Source: a virus (taxonomy: Duplodnaviria; Caudoviricetes). From it: a DNA stretch of 64,000 bases. The notes under the pieces were generated by a model, which made no database searches, was not told the DNA's origin, and was given only the letters and a program-made list of their open reading frames with translations. A program made the position numbers and the translations under genes. The stretch is from positions 64,001 through 128,000 of the IMG/VR virus record IMGVR_UViG_3300029288_000075; one strand, 5' to 3'. Within the stretch, counting starts at the first letter, position 1. Each line of letters begins with the position of its first letter. Shown piece by piece: positions 46,481-55,786 of the stretch.

Positions 46481-49400
46481 ATGCCGCTGAGTTCCAGCCA
46501 GATTGCGCAGATGAACGGGGCGTATGCCCAGCAGTACATGCAGAACCTGCAAATGTCGCAGATGATTCAGCCGCCTGGTTACAATCTCGGCGGGTACAAC
46601 ACGGGTGCACAAAACGAGGGAGCGGCAGCTAACGTCCTAAATAGGGGGTCTGCAGTTGGGGCACCCATCGCTGCGTTGGGAATGGGGTTGATGGGACTTG
46701 ACCCATTGTCCATGGGGATCCGTAGAGGAATGGCGGCGCACGGCATGGGGTTGGGTCTGGGTGGTTCTATGGTTGCGGGAGCTGCGGTAGCTGCGCCGAT
46801 GATGGCTGGCATGGCTGGCATCAGTTACATGGGCAACCAGATGATGACTGGTGCGCAGCAAACGCAGCAGTTTCACCAAGATATGCGCCAGGGGTACACC
46901 TTCTTCAATGCGGGGGGTACACATGGTAGAGGCTTCTCGGACCGCGGGATCACGCAAGTTGGGCATGACCTTCGCGGCATGGTCGGGCAGAGCGCTGGGC
47001 AGTTTGGGGGTACCTCAAGTCAGTTCGAGCTGGGTCCAAGCTTTGCAGAACTTGGCCGTTTGGCTTCGAGCATGGGGCGCATGGGGTTGGCTGACGGGGT
47101 ACGCAACGCCAAGGAGTTCACCGAGAAGTTTCGCGAGATGATGAAGTCGGTGAAGACCATTGCGGAGGACATGGGAACCACGCTGGAGGAAGCGCAGAAG
47201 ACCATGGCCGCCATGAAGGGCTCAGGGGTCTTCCGGAACCAGGCTGGTGTTGCCGGGGCGATTCGTGGCGCCAGCGTGGCAGGAAACATGGCGGTCACCG
47301 AAGTGACCGGGATGATGAACATCGGCTCTCAGATCAGTCGTATGTTCGGAGGCACTGGGCGGCAGGGCGCCATGGGCGGCATCAAGACGCTCGAGCAGGT
47401 TGGGCTTGCCCACCAAACCGGTGTGCTCTCGGAGGAGGACATCTACAACACCACTGGATTGACGGGGGCGGAAGGGCGTCGCGCCTTCGCGCAGGACCAG
47501 ATGATGCGTACAGGCTCTTTCCTCAAGAGCTCGAAGGGACGTTGGCTGATGGCGTCTTTGGCCGGCAAGGATGGGAAGTTGGACCAGGGGTCGGTCAACG
47601 ACTTCTTGGCCGGGGGTATGGGTGTAAACGACACCAGAGGTGCGGCTCACCGTAATCTGCGCGGCGTTGGGCGCGCCAACTTCATTCGAAATGAGGGTCG
47701 GCTGCGTGGCGCTGTGATGGAGGAATTTGGTGGCCTGGCGCCGGCGATGGCCATGATGGGTTGGGCTCAAGGCAAGGGGCTTGACATCAACTCCATGGGG
47801 GATCGGGAGATGCTGTTCATGCAGCGTCAGCTGGGTCTTGGGCGCGATGAAGCGGACTCTTTGATCAAGATGACGCGGGCATTGCCGGAGTTGATGCAGC
47901 ATCGTCGGGATGCCAAGGTTGACGACAGGTTTGCGCGCGAGCACGGGGTACGTGCACAAAACTCAGGGATAGAGGGGATCAAGCGGCGTCTCGACGCGGC
48001 CAAAGACAGCGTCAACAACGAGATGCAGAAGGTAGGACAGTCGGTGCTCGAGAGCATGACTGACACGGTGGCCGAATGGGGTAACAAGCTGGCCGGCACC
48101 TACGAAGAACGTGCCTACGAGGGTATTCGGGAGACCCACAGAGCGGCGCTTAGCGGGGGTCGCGCCGGTAAGGCGGCGACGGCCGCGCTTACTGGTGGAG
48201 GCAAGCTGTCGAAACTGTACGGGGCATCCGGCGGTGGCGGCTTCCTGCACGAGGACATTGGGCAATCGCGGTACGCGGAAAAGCTCACCGACATGCAGTT
48301 CTCTGCGCGCATGGCATCCGTCTCCGGCGTTTCTTCGGAAGTCAGCGCCTTGCTGGGTAGCAGCAGCTCTGCTTTGCGTGAAGCCTACGGGGGTACCGCG
48401 GGGCTCGCGGGGCTCGCGGGGGAAGACCGCATGTCTGCCTTCAAGCGGCAGTTCGGCAAGGACACTGCGTTGGGAAAGCACTTTCGCAGTCTAGATGCTG
48501 GAGGGCAGGCCGCCTTTATGCAGCAGGCAGAAGCCTCGATCGGCATGGACAAAGGGCGCCTGAGCGAGACCTTCCAGATGCCGGGGTTGGCCAAGCTGGT
48601 GGGGGGTGGTCCTGACCATACATTGGCCAAGCAGGACGAGCGACTCGGACGATCCATGCTTGGGCTCGAGCGCGGGGGTTTGGCAAGGGCGGCCGACCTG
48701 ATGGGTAAAGTGGGTGGGGGCGTTTTGGGAGCCCAAGTGACAGCGGCTGGAGCCGGCAGTGGCGCGGTGTTGGGTCTTGGCTTTGGCGCCATCCCAGGCG
48801 CGGTGTACGGCGCCAAGTTGGGCGGGTGGATTTCTTCAGGCATGGGTGCACTTGGTGGTGCGGCTGGGGATTTGATCGAGAAGTTCTCTGGTAGGTCCGG
48901 TATGGCCAAAGCTGCCGGTGCAATCTTCGAAGGTAAGCAGATGCGCGAGCTCGCCTTCGGCACGCTCACCGGCGAAGCGGGGTCCCGCGAGAAACTGCAG
49001 AAGGCCCGTATGGACATCCTGGGCGGCGCGGCGGAGCGCGGCGGGATGGACAAGCTGACCGACCAGGAAAAGGCCATGCTTGGTGGACTCGACGCCATTT
49101 CGTTGACGGCAAAGGTGAACACCGCCATCAACGCAAAGGGCGGTGACCCCAACAAGATGACGGACGCAGACTGGGAACCATTGCTCAAGGAGCGGCGTGC
49201 GGCGGTAGAGAGGATGGGAGGGGATCCCAGCACCGTTACAAAGGACTCTGTTCGGGTGATGGCACAAGGCGTTGGAGCTGCTGCGTACAAGGCGCAGGCA
49301 GAGATCATGGATAGACTTTCCAAGCAGGTTGGGCGTACTACGCAAGAAGAAGTGCAGGTGATGCGTGCAGGGAAGATTGCCACAGGAGAAGGCAAGCAGC

Positions 49401-50143
49401 CTCTTACGCTCACTGCAGAGGCGGCAGGGAGTCTTCGTAAAGCAGGCGGCGCGTTGGCTGTAGACACAGCGACTACCATCCTTGCCTCGCAGGATTTGGG
49501 ATTGCAGTTAGGACGTGCAACGTCTGAGGAGGAACGGAGTCGTATCTACGAGGAGTACGCGGGTAAGAAGGGGGCTGCGCGCGACATGATGAGCAACATG
49601 GACATCAAGAGTCTGCGTGCTCTTGGTTCGACCATGGCCGGCACTGAGGAAGGTGACGTTGCTACTGGCATGATCATGCGAGGCCAGGCGATGAAAGCTG
49701 GAGTGCGACGCAAGGGTGCCTTCGGCGCTATGGCAGACCAGCTGGGTGTGCGCATGGACAAGTCGCAGCTCGATGCAATGAAGGGTAAGAGCCCAGAGGC
49801 GCAGGCAGCTATGCTTGCTCGAGAGCTTGGTGTGGGCGGCGACCAGGGGTTTGTCAGTGCACTCACGGAAGCAGCGGGAACCATCGGTAAAAAGGGTGGA
49901 GAAGTGCGTGGGGCTGACTTGCTATCTAGGGCGAGGGAGCACGCTTCGGCGGATACCAGGACCAAGCTGGAGGCCTATGCAAAGGGTCAAGCGAGCCCGG
50001 AAGAGAAGATTCTTGATGCCCTCAAACTGAGCAACGACCACTTGAAGATCATGGCGGATGCAGTACCAAAGACTGAGTCCAAACTCTCAGCGATCTCAGC
50101 CAATTCCAGCAAGTGGTTTCCAGCCGACGGTGAAAAGTCATGA
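46481..50143 (+). CDS. Tape measure protein
   Basis: About 1220 aa, G/A/M-rich helical; upstream of baseplate genes; TGCTACGCT-N6-ATG start. Confidence 0.75.
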   Translation: MPLSSSQIAQMNGAYAQQYMQNLQMSQMIQPPGYNLGGYNTGAQNEGAAANVLNRGSAVGAPIAALGMGLMGLDPLSMGIRRGMAAHGMGLGLGGSMVAGAAVAAPMMAGMAGISYMGNQMMTGAQQTQQFHQDMRQGYTFFNAGGTHGRGFSDRGITQVGHDLRGMVGQSAGQFGGTSSQFELGPSFAELGRLASSMGRMGLADGVRNAKEFTEKFREMMKSVKTIAEDMGTTLEEAQKTMAAMKGSGVFRNQAGVAGAIRGASVAGNMAVTEVTGMMNIGSQISRMFGGTGRQGAMGGIKTLEQVGLAHQTGVLSEEDIYNTTGLTGAEGRRAFAQDQMMRTGSFLKSSKGRWLMASLAGKDGKLDQGSVNDFLAGGMGVNDTRGAAHRNLRGVGRANFIRNEGRLRGAVMEEFGGLAPAMAMMGWAQGKGLDINSMGDREMLFMQRQLGLGRDEADSLIKMTRALPELMQHRRDAKVDDRFAREHGVRAQNSGIEGIKRRLDAAKDSVNNEMQKVGQSVLESMTDTVAEWGNKLAGTYEERAYEGIRETHRAALSGGRAGKAATAALTGGGKLSKLYGASGGGGFLHEDIGQSRYAEKLTDMQFSARMASVSGVSSEVSALLGSSSSALREAYGGTAGLAGLAGEDRMSAFKRQFGKDTALGKHFRSLDAGGQAAFMQQAEASIGMDKGRLSETFQMPGLAKLVGGGPDHTLAKQDERLGRSMLGLERGGLARAADLMGKVGGGVLGAQVTAAGAGSGAVLGLGFGAIPGAVYGAKLGGWISSGMGALGGAAGDLIEKFSGRSGMAKAAGAIFEGKQMRELAFGTLTGEAGSREKLQKARMDILGGAAERGGMDKLTDQEKAMLGGLDAISLTAKVNTAINAKGGDPNKMTDADWEPLLKERRAAVERMGGDPSTVTKDSVRVMAQGVGAAAYKAQAEIMDRLSKQVGRTTQEEVQVMRAGKIATGEGKQPLTLTAEAAGSLRKAGGALAVDTATTILASQDLGLQLGRATSEEERSRIYEEYAGKKGAARDMMSNMDIKSLRALGSTMAGTEEGDVATGMIMRGQAMKAGVRRKGAFGAMADQLGVRMDKSQLDAMKGKSPEAQAAMLARELGVGGDQGFVSALTEAAGTIGKKGGEVRGADLLSRAREHASADTRTKLEAYAKGQASPEEKILDALKLSNDHLKIMADAVPKTESKLSAISANSSKWFPADGEKS

Positions 50144-50409
50144 CAAAGTCGCTCTTGTACCAAGGTCAGGTAGGGATGGTGGTTCCTCCTGGCTGTCTCC
50201 AGGGTGATCGCGTAGAGGTTCCTGTGTCCCTACGAAAGGATGGCAGGATCTATCGGTTCGTACTGCGCGACAAGTTGGTTGTTGAGGACGTGCAGTTGAT
50301 GCTCATGAAGGCGGCTGCCTTTGCCATCGCGCAGGGAGAGCCGTATGCAGGTACTCCGCCTGCTCGGGCACTTCGCGACGTTTTGATCAAGCAAGATACG
50401 GTGATGTAA
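50140..50409 (+). CDS. Small tail/baseplate-associated protein
   Basis: ATGA coupling to the tape measure gene. Confidence 0.55.
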   Translation: MTKSLLYQGQVGMVVPPGCLQGDRVEVPVSLRKDGRIYRFVLRDKLVVEDVQLMLMKAAAFAIAQGEPYAGTPPARALRDVLIKQDTVM

Positions 50410-52316
50410 TGGCAGTGTATATTGAACTCACCACGGACCCGTTTATTGCCAACTACCAGCGCATGGTAGACAGGAATGACCCAGCGTTGTCCCGCAGTGG
50501 CAGGGCGGGGCTTGCCAATGTACGTCGGCCGTTGCGCGGTGTAGAGATCAAAGAGGACACCTACGCGTGCCTGAAGGTATTGCGTGCCGACGGTAGTGAG
50601 ATGCCGTTCATGGATTCCAGCTCGGCGAATGGCCAGTCTACCTCCTATTCCAACTTCATCCTGCAGTCGGTGCAGGAGCAGCGTATGGAGAAGCACCAGA
50701 TTGTGGAAACCTTTGGGGACACCTACCTATTTCTGTTTGGGGAGGCTCCGAGGTTCCTTGACGTCAGTGCGGTGCTGCTCAACAGCAACGACTTCAACTG
50801 GGAAGCTGAGTGGTGGGCAAATTGGGAGACTACGCTGCGTGGTTCGAAGTCTGTGGAGAATGGCGCACGTACCTACTTGTTCTACGACGACAACATCGTC
50901 GAAGGATACATGCTGATGGCGCAGGCGCAGAAGATCAGCACGGAGCCGATTCAAATACCTCTTACTTTTAGGCTCTTCGTCTCCAGCATCCGCAACGTAT
51001 CTTCAATAGGAGATCCAAACTTTCCCGTTGCAGAGTCGGTATTCTTGCCGCCAGATGTCTCACTTACTAGCGGCGATGCATTCCAGCAGCTGCGGGACTA
51101 CTACGAGGCCAACAACGGGTACCTGAGTCCGGGACAAGCCAACTCCTGGATGGACAACGTGTTGAGGAATACAGACCCCCGTCAACTAGGTACGGGCGCA
51201 AAGCTGGTGGACTTGTTGAAGCGTGGAACCCGCGCCATTGCATTCCCCTCGAGCGTTCAGGCGTACTTGGATGAAGCATCCCCTACTCTGGGCGTGCAGA
51301 ATGTGTTGGGCATGTACGACAGCAAGCCGATGCGCAGTCTGATTGCTGACAACGCAGACGAGTACACTGGGTATGACCCAAAGAACGCAGAGCTGAATTC
51401 TCAGTTGCCCGAGGTGTACGACCCAAGAGTTCGTGGTCAGCTCGAGGTAGAGGACTTGTTCCAAGAGGCAATCCAGTGGATGAGTTGCTTTGGGGCGAAC
51501 ATCAACAGCTACAATGCGCTCAATGGATTAGGCATGGGCGTGAACTTCTTGCCCAGTACAGGCGTTGGTATTGGCATTGGTGGTAGCGCGGGGTCAGGCT
51601 TAGGAGCTACCTTTGGCGCCGTCCCCGCGGGTGGCGGTGTTGGCTTTGGCGTCAATAACCGCAGCGGCGTGACCGGTGGCATGTTCGCAGGTCCCGGTAC
51701 CTACGGCTCAGCGCAGCAAGGCATGGCGTCAAATGGTTTTGGGATGGCGCAGGCTGGACAACCTGTCTACTCGCCAGGGCAGTTGTCCTCGGCACGTAGT
51801 GATGTGTTGTTCAGCGCCGGCGCCAATAACCGGTACCCGAACGACACGTTGTCCACAGGCTATGGAGATCCCGGGTACGGCTATTCTGGTCCGTACGGCG
51901 GAGCTGGCTACGGTCAGTCCGGTTTTGGAGACTACGGGGGGTTGGGGTACGGCTCGAGCTTTGGGTCCACCGGGGATCCCGGGTTTATGCCGCCGTCGGC
52001 GTTCAGCCGAGCCGGGATTGCGGATACCCGTAGTGACTTTCAGCGGTTGACTGCACCCAAGCCCGGTTTTGGCTCTGGCTTTGGTGGGGTACCCGCGGGG
52101 GCAAGCTTTGCCGGTGCCGGTGCCGGTGCTTCCGTATCGGTGGGCGGTTCTTTGACTGCGTTCTCGATTTTTGCAGCGCCAGGGACCTTGAATCCGTATG
52201 GCAATGCGCTGGCGGCAAATGGGAGACGTCTTGGTTTGACCGAGAGGAACCCGTTTGGGGTACCGTGCCTTGGTGCCACAGGACTTACCAGAATCAACCT
52301 ACTGGACATGATTTGA
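50409..52316 (+). CDS. Baseplate/tube-initiator-like protein with Gly/Tyr-rich C-terminus
   Basis: NFILQSVQEQRMEKHQIVETFG tube-like domain; GYG/GFG low-complexity tail. Confidence 0.55.
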   Translation: MAVYIELTTDPFIANYQRMVDRNDPALSRSGRAGLANVRRPLRGVEIKEDTYACLKVLRADGSEMPFMDSSSANGQSTSYSNFILQSVQEQRMEKHQIVETFGDTYLFLFGEAPRFLDVSAVLLNSNDFNWEAEWWANWETTLRGSKSVENGARTYLFYDDNIVEGYMLMAQAQKISTEPIQIPLTFRLFVSSIRNVSSIGDPNFPVAESVFLPPDVSLTSGDAFQQLRDYYEANNGYLSPGQANSWMDNVLRNTDPRQLGTGAKLVDLLKRGTRAIAFPSSVQAYLDEASPTLGVQNVLGMYDSKPMRSLIADNADEYTGYDPKNAELNSQLPEVYDPRVRGQLEVEDLFQEAIQWMSCFGANINSYNALNGLGMGVNFLPSTGVGIGIGGSAGSGLGATFGAVPAGGGVGFGVNNRSGVTGGMFAGPGTYGSAQQGMASNGFGMAQAGQPVYSPGQLSSARSDVLFSAGANNRYPNDTLSTGYGDPGYGYSGPYGGAGYGQSGFGDYGGLGYGSSFGSTGDPGFMPPSAFSRAGIADTRSDFQRLTAPKPGFGSGFGGVPAGASFAGAGAGASVSVGGSLTAFSIFAAPGTLNPYGNALAANGRRLGLTERNPFGVPCLGATGLTRINLLDMI

Positions 52317-52317
52317 C

Positions 52318-55300
52318 ATGACGGTGCATGCACAGCGGATACATCTTCGGATGTTCTTGGAGGGGATTGAGATACCGATAGTTGGGATCCAGCTGCAGGG
52401 TTTGCCAAACTCTCCGCTTCTGGCTTCTATTCAGATACCTCCTGTAGCTGAAGGCACCCGGCTACTTCCCAGAACCTTGGTGCATGTGTTTTTCCGAGAT
52501 CCGTACGAGTCGGTGAGTCCGCACTTAGCCCGTACAAGCACAGGGGGTACTACGCCGACTGATTACCAAACGGCGTTGGAGAAGCGACAGGCAAGCAATC
52601 CGGAGGGCGTATCAAGTCTGCTAGATACCGAACTGACTCGGTACAAGCACTTCTTCTCTGGGGAGATACTTGGGTTTGCTTGGACGAAAGATCAAGCCCA
52701 GCGGTCTCTTGTGCTTCAGTGCGCCGACCTATCGAACTACTGGGACTACGCGTACCAGTGGACGAACACAGACCTCTTTGGGCCTGGTATCAAGGCTATG
52801 TTTTCTGGTGGGTCTACGAACTTGTTCACTGACTTCTTGTCGAGCTCGGGTGAGGTCATCACGAACATCCTGCGTACTCCTTCCATCACCTTCCCCAAGT
52901 TGAAGGGACTTGCTGGTGGGATAGTACATCTGCTCGAGGCCATCGGAGGGACGTACTACTACGACCGTAAGATCGCAGGACAGAACATCTTCTTTACGCT
53001 GGCCGAACTGCGGTTGCACATCAACCAGATGATCATGGCCATAGAAGATGATCCTACTACGGCTCGCCTGTTGGCTACGCAGGGGTACAGCGGCATGATG
53101 AGTCGTCTGCTAGGCGGTATGGGTGGTCAGACGTCAATTCGTCAAAGCATCACAGCGTTACAGGGGATCATCTTCCATGAGACCTACGCGCAGCCCTGCC
53201 CCCGCTACGTACCAGGAACTTTGAATCCTACGTCGGCCGCAAACCGTGTACGCCTAGCGGATGACCCCAGCACTGCCTTTGTAGTCAGTGCGGCACAGCA
53301 GGCACTTACAGACATCGGTATGATCAAGCGGCAGCTGCATTCAACGGAAGGCGATGTGGAGGCTAGTAAGCTTGCTGCACAGGCAGGTGTACGTAGTTCA
53401 CTGCAGCAGCAGGTCATACTGCAGACTCGCAAGTTGCAGTCGTACCTCAAGTCGCTCATCATGCAGCTCAGGCGGGTGACTCCGGCGGCCCCCAAAGCAG
53501 TGTCTTTGCTCACCACCGCGTCGCAGCAGCTTGGAAGCGCAGGGACTGCACTAGCTCGTTGGAGTCCCAATAGCACAGCCTCCACAGGCAAAATAGAGGG
53601 TTTCCTCAATACCGCTGAGAATGCCTTGAAGTCTCTGTCGAACATGACTCGAGAGACGGCAGTCAAATCGCGCCCAGCCCCACCCAGGCTGGCTCAGCAG
53701 ATTTTACGGCCAGACGTGTGGTTCAGCGCTCCTCCCAGATGCAACGTACTGTTCCCTGAACACTACAGTAGGCTCAACTACTCTCGGAACTTTATGGAGG
53801 AGCCAACCCGGCTACTGCTCAAGACCAACGACGAATTCTTTGGAGAAGACGAGCTGTTCGACCGCCTGTACTTTGCGCCAAAGACGACCAGCGTGAAGAA
53901 GGCCAAGGCAGACTTGCAGGCCATGCTACAGAATGACCTATTGGAGCATGAGCTCTATACTGGAATCTTGCCCGTGTTCGAAAAGATGGGCGAGCTCAAC
54001 ATCTTTGCGGCGCGCGGTGGTGTGACTACAGGCCGTGTAGCTCAGGTAGGTCTGGCACAGCGTTCTGCCAACTTTCTCTACTTCAAGTATCGTTTTGCGT
54101 CGCGCCAGATGACCGTGTCAGGACGGTTCAACCCGTACATTGCGTTGGGGTTTCCCGGGTTAGTCATTGACAAGTACGCTGACGAGGAGATGCTGCGGTT
54201 GCACAACGAACTTCGTGTAGCGACAGGATCTTCGGCACGCGATATAAACAAGCTCTTGGGGACTGCCTTCTTGGGCAACTTCACGCAAGTGTCGTTCGTG
54301 GTCAACAACCAGGGAACAGGCACTACTGACATCGTGATGAGCTACCCTCGGCAGACCGATGAGGGTGTGGAGTTCTTGGGTACCACGGATCCGCAGGACT
54401 TGTCCGTTAGCAAACGTCTCGAGCAGGATGCCGTGCGCGTAACTGATGTGGCCTCCGTAGGGCAGCCACTCATTGACTCATTGGGTCCCAACCTGGGTAG
54501 AATCACGCAGGTGGAGGAGGTAAGCCTGTTGTACCGTGGCAGTACGCAGTCTGGAGATCCACAAGACACGATGAGCAGCAAGCCGCTGCTGCTGTTCAGC
54601 AAGCAGGACAGTAGGCAGCCGCGGTCTCCCGAATCGCGCAAGTCCGCGCGGGTACCTGTTGGTGTGGAGGTGGACGCAAGGGATCTCGATAAGGCGGTGC
54701 TGAAGGAACTGGGTCTTTTTGGGGCTGGTGCAAATCCTGATGGGTGGTTCGGAGATAGCCAAGCCAAGAACAAGGCAGCCGGGTCCTCTTCAGCAGACCA
54801 GTTCTACAAGAGAACGCGACCGATAACCATTCGGGCATACCGCATTCGTGAAGAGATCCCGCGGTATCGTCAACTGCCAGTTGACTTGCCGGCAGAGGAG
54901 TACATTCGACCTGGTTGGTACGGCGATATATGGAGCTCTGCGCGCATTGGTGAAGCGTACGACACTTTCTTTGCTACCGGGGCAATCACTGACCCGCATG
55001 TAATCGGGGATCCCGAGGGGCAGCAACGGGCAGCTACAAACAACGGTGCCGCGGACGCACAGAATACAGCTGCCGAGACCACAGACCCGAATAGCCCACA
55101 GAAGGATGCTCCCGTGGTGTACCAACTCGAGGCAGGGGCAACCATCGAGCAGGCTGCGGGATACCTTCAGGCCATGTACAGTCACATCAAGCTGAAGGGG
55201 CTTGACGTCGAGGAATTCATTCGGGCGTACACCTATCGTCCTATTGCCACGCTGGTGGACATCTTCGGTACTCGAGATCTCTCTTTGAGCGCGGATGGAG

Positions 55301-55512
55301 CCTACGTACTCTCAGGTGTGGAGGGCTTTCATTCCCGCGCCTTTGGGCAGTTCAACGACCTGTTCGGGCTAGTTACCCCAGAGATAGTGGAGGTGGTTGG
55401 ATTGAAGAGAGGTACAACGGCGGCACAACGAGGCGACACGCGCAAAGTGAAGCAGGACGCAGTCAAAGACTATCTTGCGGGGCTGGGTCTAGGTAGGGCA
55501 ATACTTGGGTAG
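52318..55512 (+). CDS. Baseplate hub-like large tail protein
   Basis: RMFLEGIEIP...FFSGEILG...LQCADLSNYW; GRFNPYIALGFPGLVID; position after the tape measure. Confidence 0.55.
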   Translation: MTVHAQRIHLRMFLEGIEIPIVGIQLQGLPNSPLLASIQIPPVAEGTRLLPRTLVHVFFRDPYESVSPHLARTSTGGTTPTDYQTALEKRQASNPEGVSSLLDTELTRYKHFFSGEILGFAWTKDQAQRSLVLQCADLSNYWDYAYQWTNTDLFGPGIKAMFSGGSTNLFTDFLSSSGEVITNILRTPSITFPKLKGLAGGIVHLLEAIGGTYYYDRKIAGQNIFFTLAELRLHINQMIMAIEDDPTTARLLATQGYSGMMSRLLGGMGGQTSIRQSITALQGIIFHETYAQPCPRYVPGTLNPTSAANRVRLADDPSTAFVVSAAQQALTDIGMIKRQLHSTEGDVEASKLAAQAGVRSSLQQQVILQTRKLQSYLKSLIMQLRRVTPAAPKAVSLLTTASQQLGSAGTALARWSPNSTASTGKIEGFLNTAENALKSLSNMTRETAVKSRPAPPRLAQQILRPDVWFSAPPRCNVLFPEHYSRLNYSRNFMEEPTRLLLKTNDEFFGEDELFDRLYFAPKTTSVKKAKADLQAMLQNDLLEHELYTGILPVFEKMGELNIFAARGGVTTGRVAQVGLAQRSANFLYFKYRFASRQMTVSGRFNPYIALGFPGLVIDKYADEEMLRLHNELRVATGSSARDINKLLGTAFLGNFTQVSFVVNNQGTGTTDIVMSYPRQTDEGVEFLGTTDPQDLSVSKRLEQDAVRVTDVASVGQPLIDSLGPNLGRITQVEEVSLLYRGSTQSGDPQDTMSSKPLLLFSKQDSRQPRSPESRKSARVPVGVEVDARDLDKAVLKELGLFGAGANPDGWFGDSQAKNKAAGSSSADQFYKRTRPITIRAYRIREEIPRYRQLPVDLPAEEYIRPGWYGDIWSSARIGEAYDTFFATGAITDPHVIGDPEGQQRAATNNGAADAQNTAAETTDPNSPQKDAPVVYQLEAGATIEQAAGYLQAMYSHIKLKGLDVEEFIRAYTYRPIATLVDIFGTRDLSLSADGAYVLSGVEGFHSRAFGQFNDLFGLVTPEIVEVVGLKRGTTAAQRGDTRKVKQDAVKDYLAGLGLGRAILG

Positions 55513-55531
55513 TTCCACTTTGGCCAGTGGA

Positions 55532-55541
55532 ATGGTACAAC
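55532..55541 (+). promoter_or_regulatory. ATGGTACAAC promoter, leaderless start at 55548
   Basis: TACAAC-N6-ATG; preceded by inverted repeat TTCCACT/AGTGGAA (55513-55532). Confidence 0.55.
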
Positions 55542-55547
55542 TGATCC

Positions 55548-55784
55548 ATGCTGAACGCTCAAGTTCTATCCAGTTTTGGTGCAGAGGTATCGAAGGTAGC
55601 TGCCAAGAAAGACGTGGGGCAGCTCCTGGCTAGCTTGGCTTCAAGGCAGGGGCATAGGCCTTCGCTTTTCCCTAGCATTCAACAAGTGAAGAATGTGGCG
55701 ACCCGAGATCGTGGTCGAGCTGCCGAAATTGCCTCCAACATCCGCTCTACGTTGAAGAACACTGCCGCGGTGCAGGCGGCTTAG
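55548..55784 (+). CDS. Small K-x-A leader protein
   Basis: VLSSFGAEVSKVAA. Confidence 0.6.
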   Translation: MLNAQVLSSFGAEVSKVAAKKDVGQLLASLASRQGHRPSLFPSIQQVKNVATRDRGRAAEIASNIRSTLKNTAAVQAA

Positions 55785-55786
55785 CC

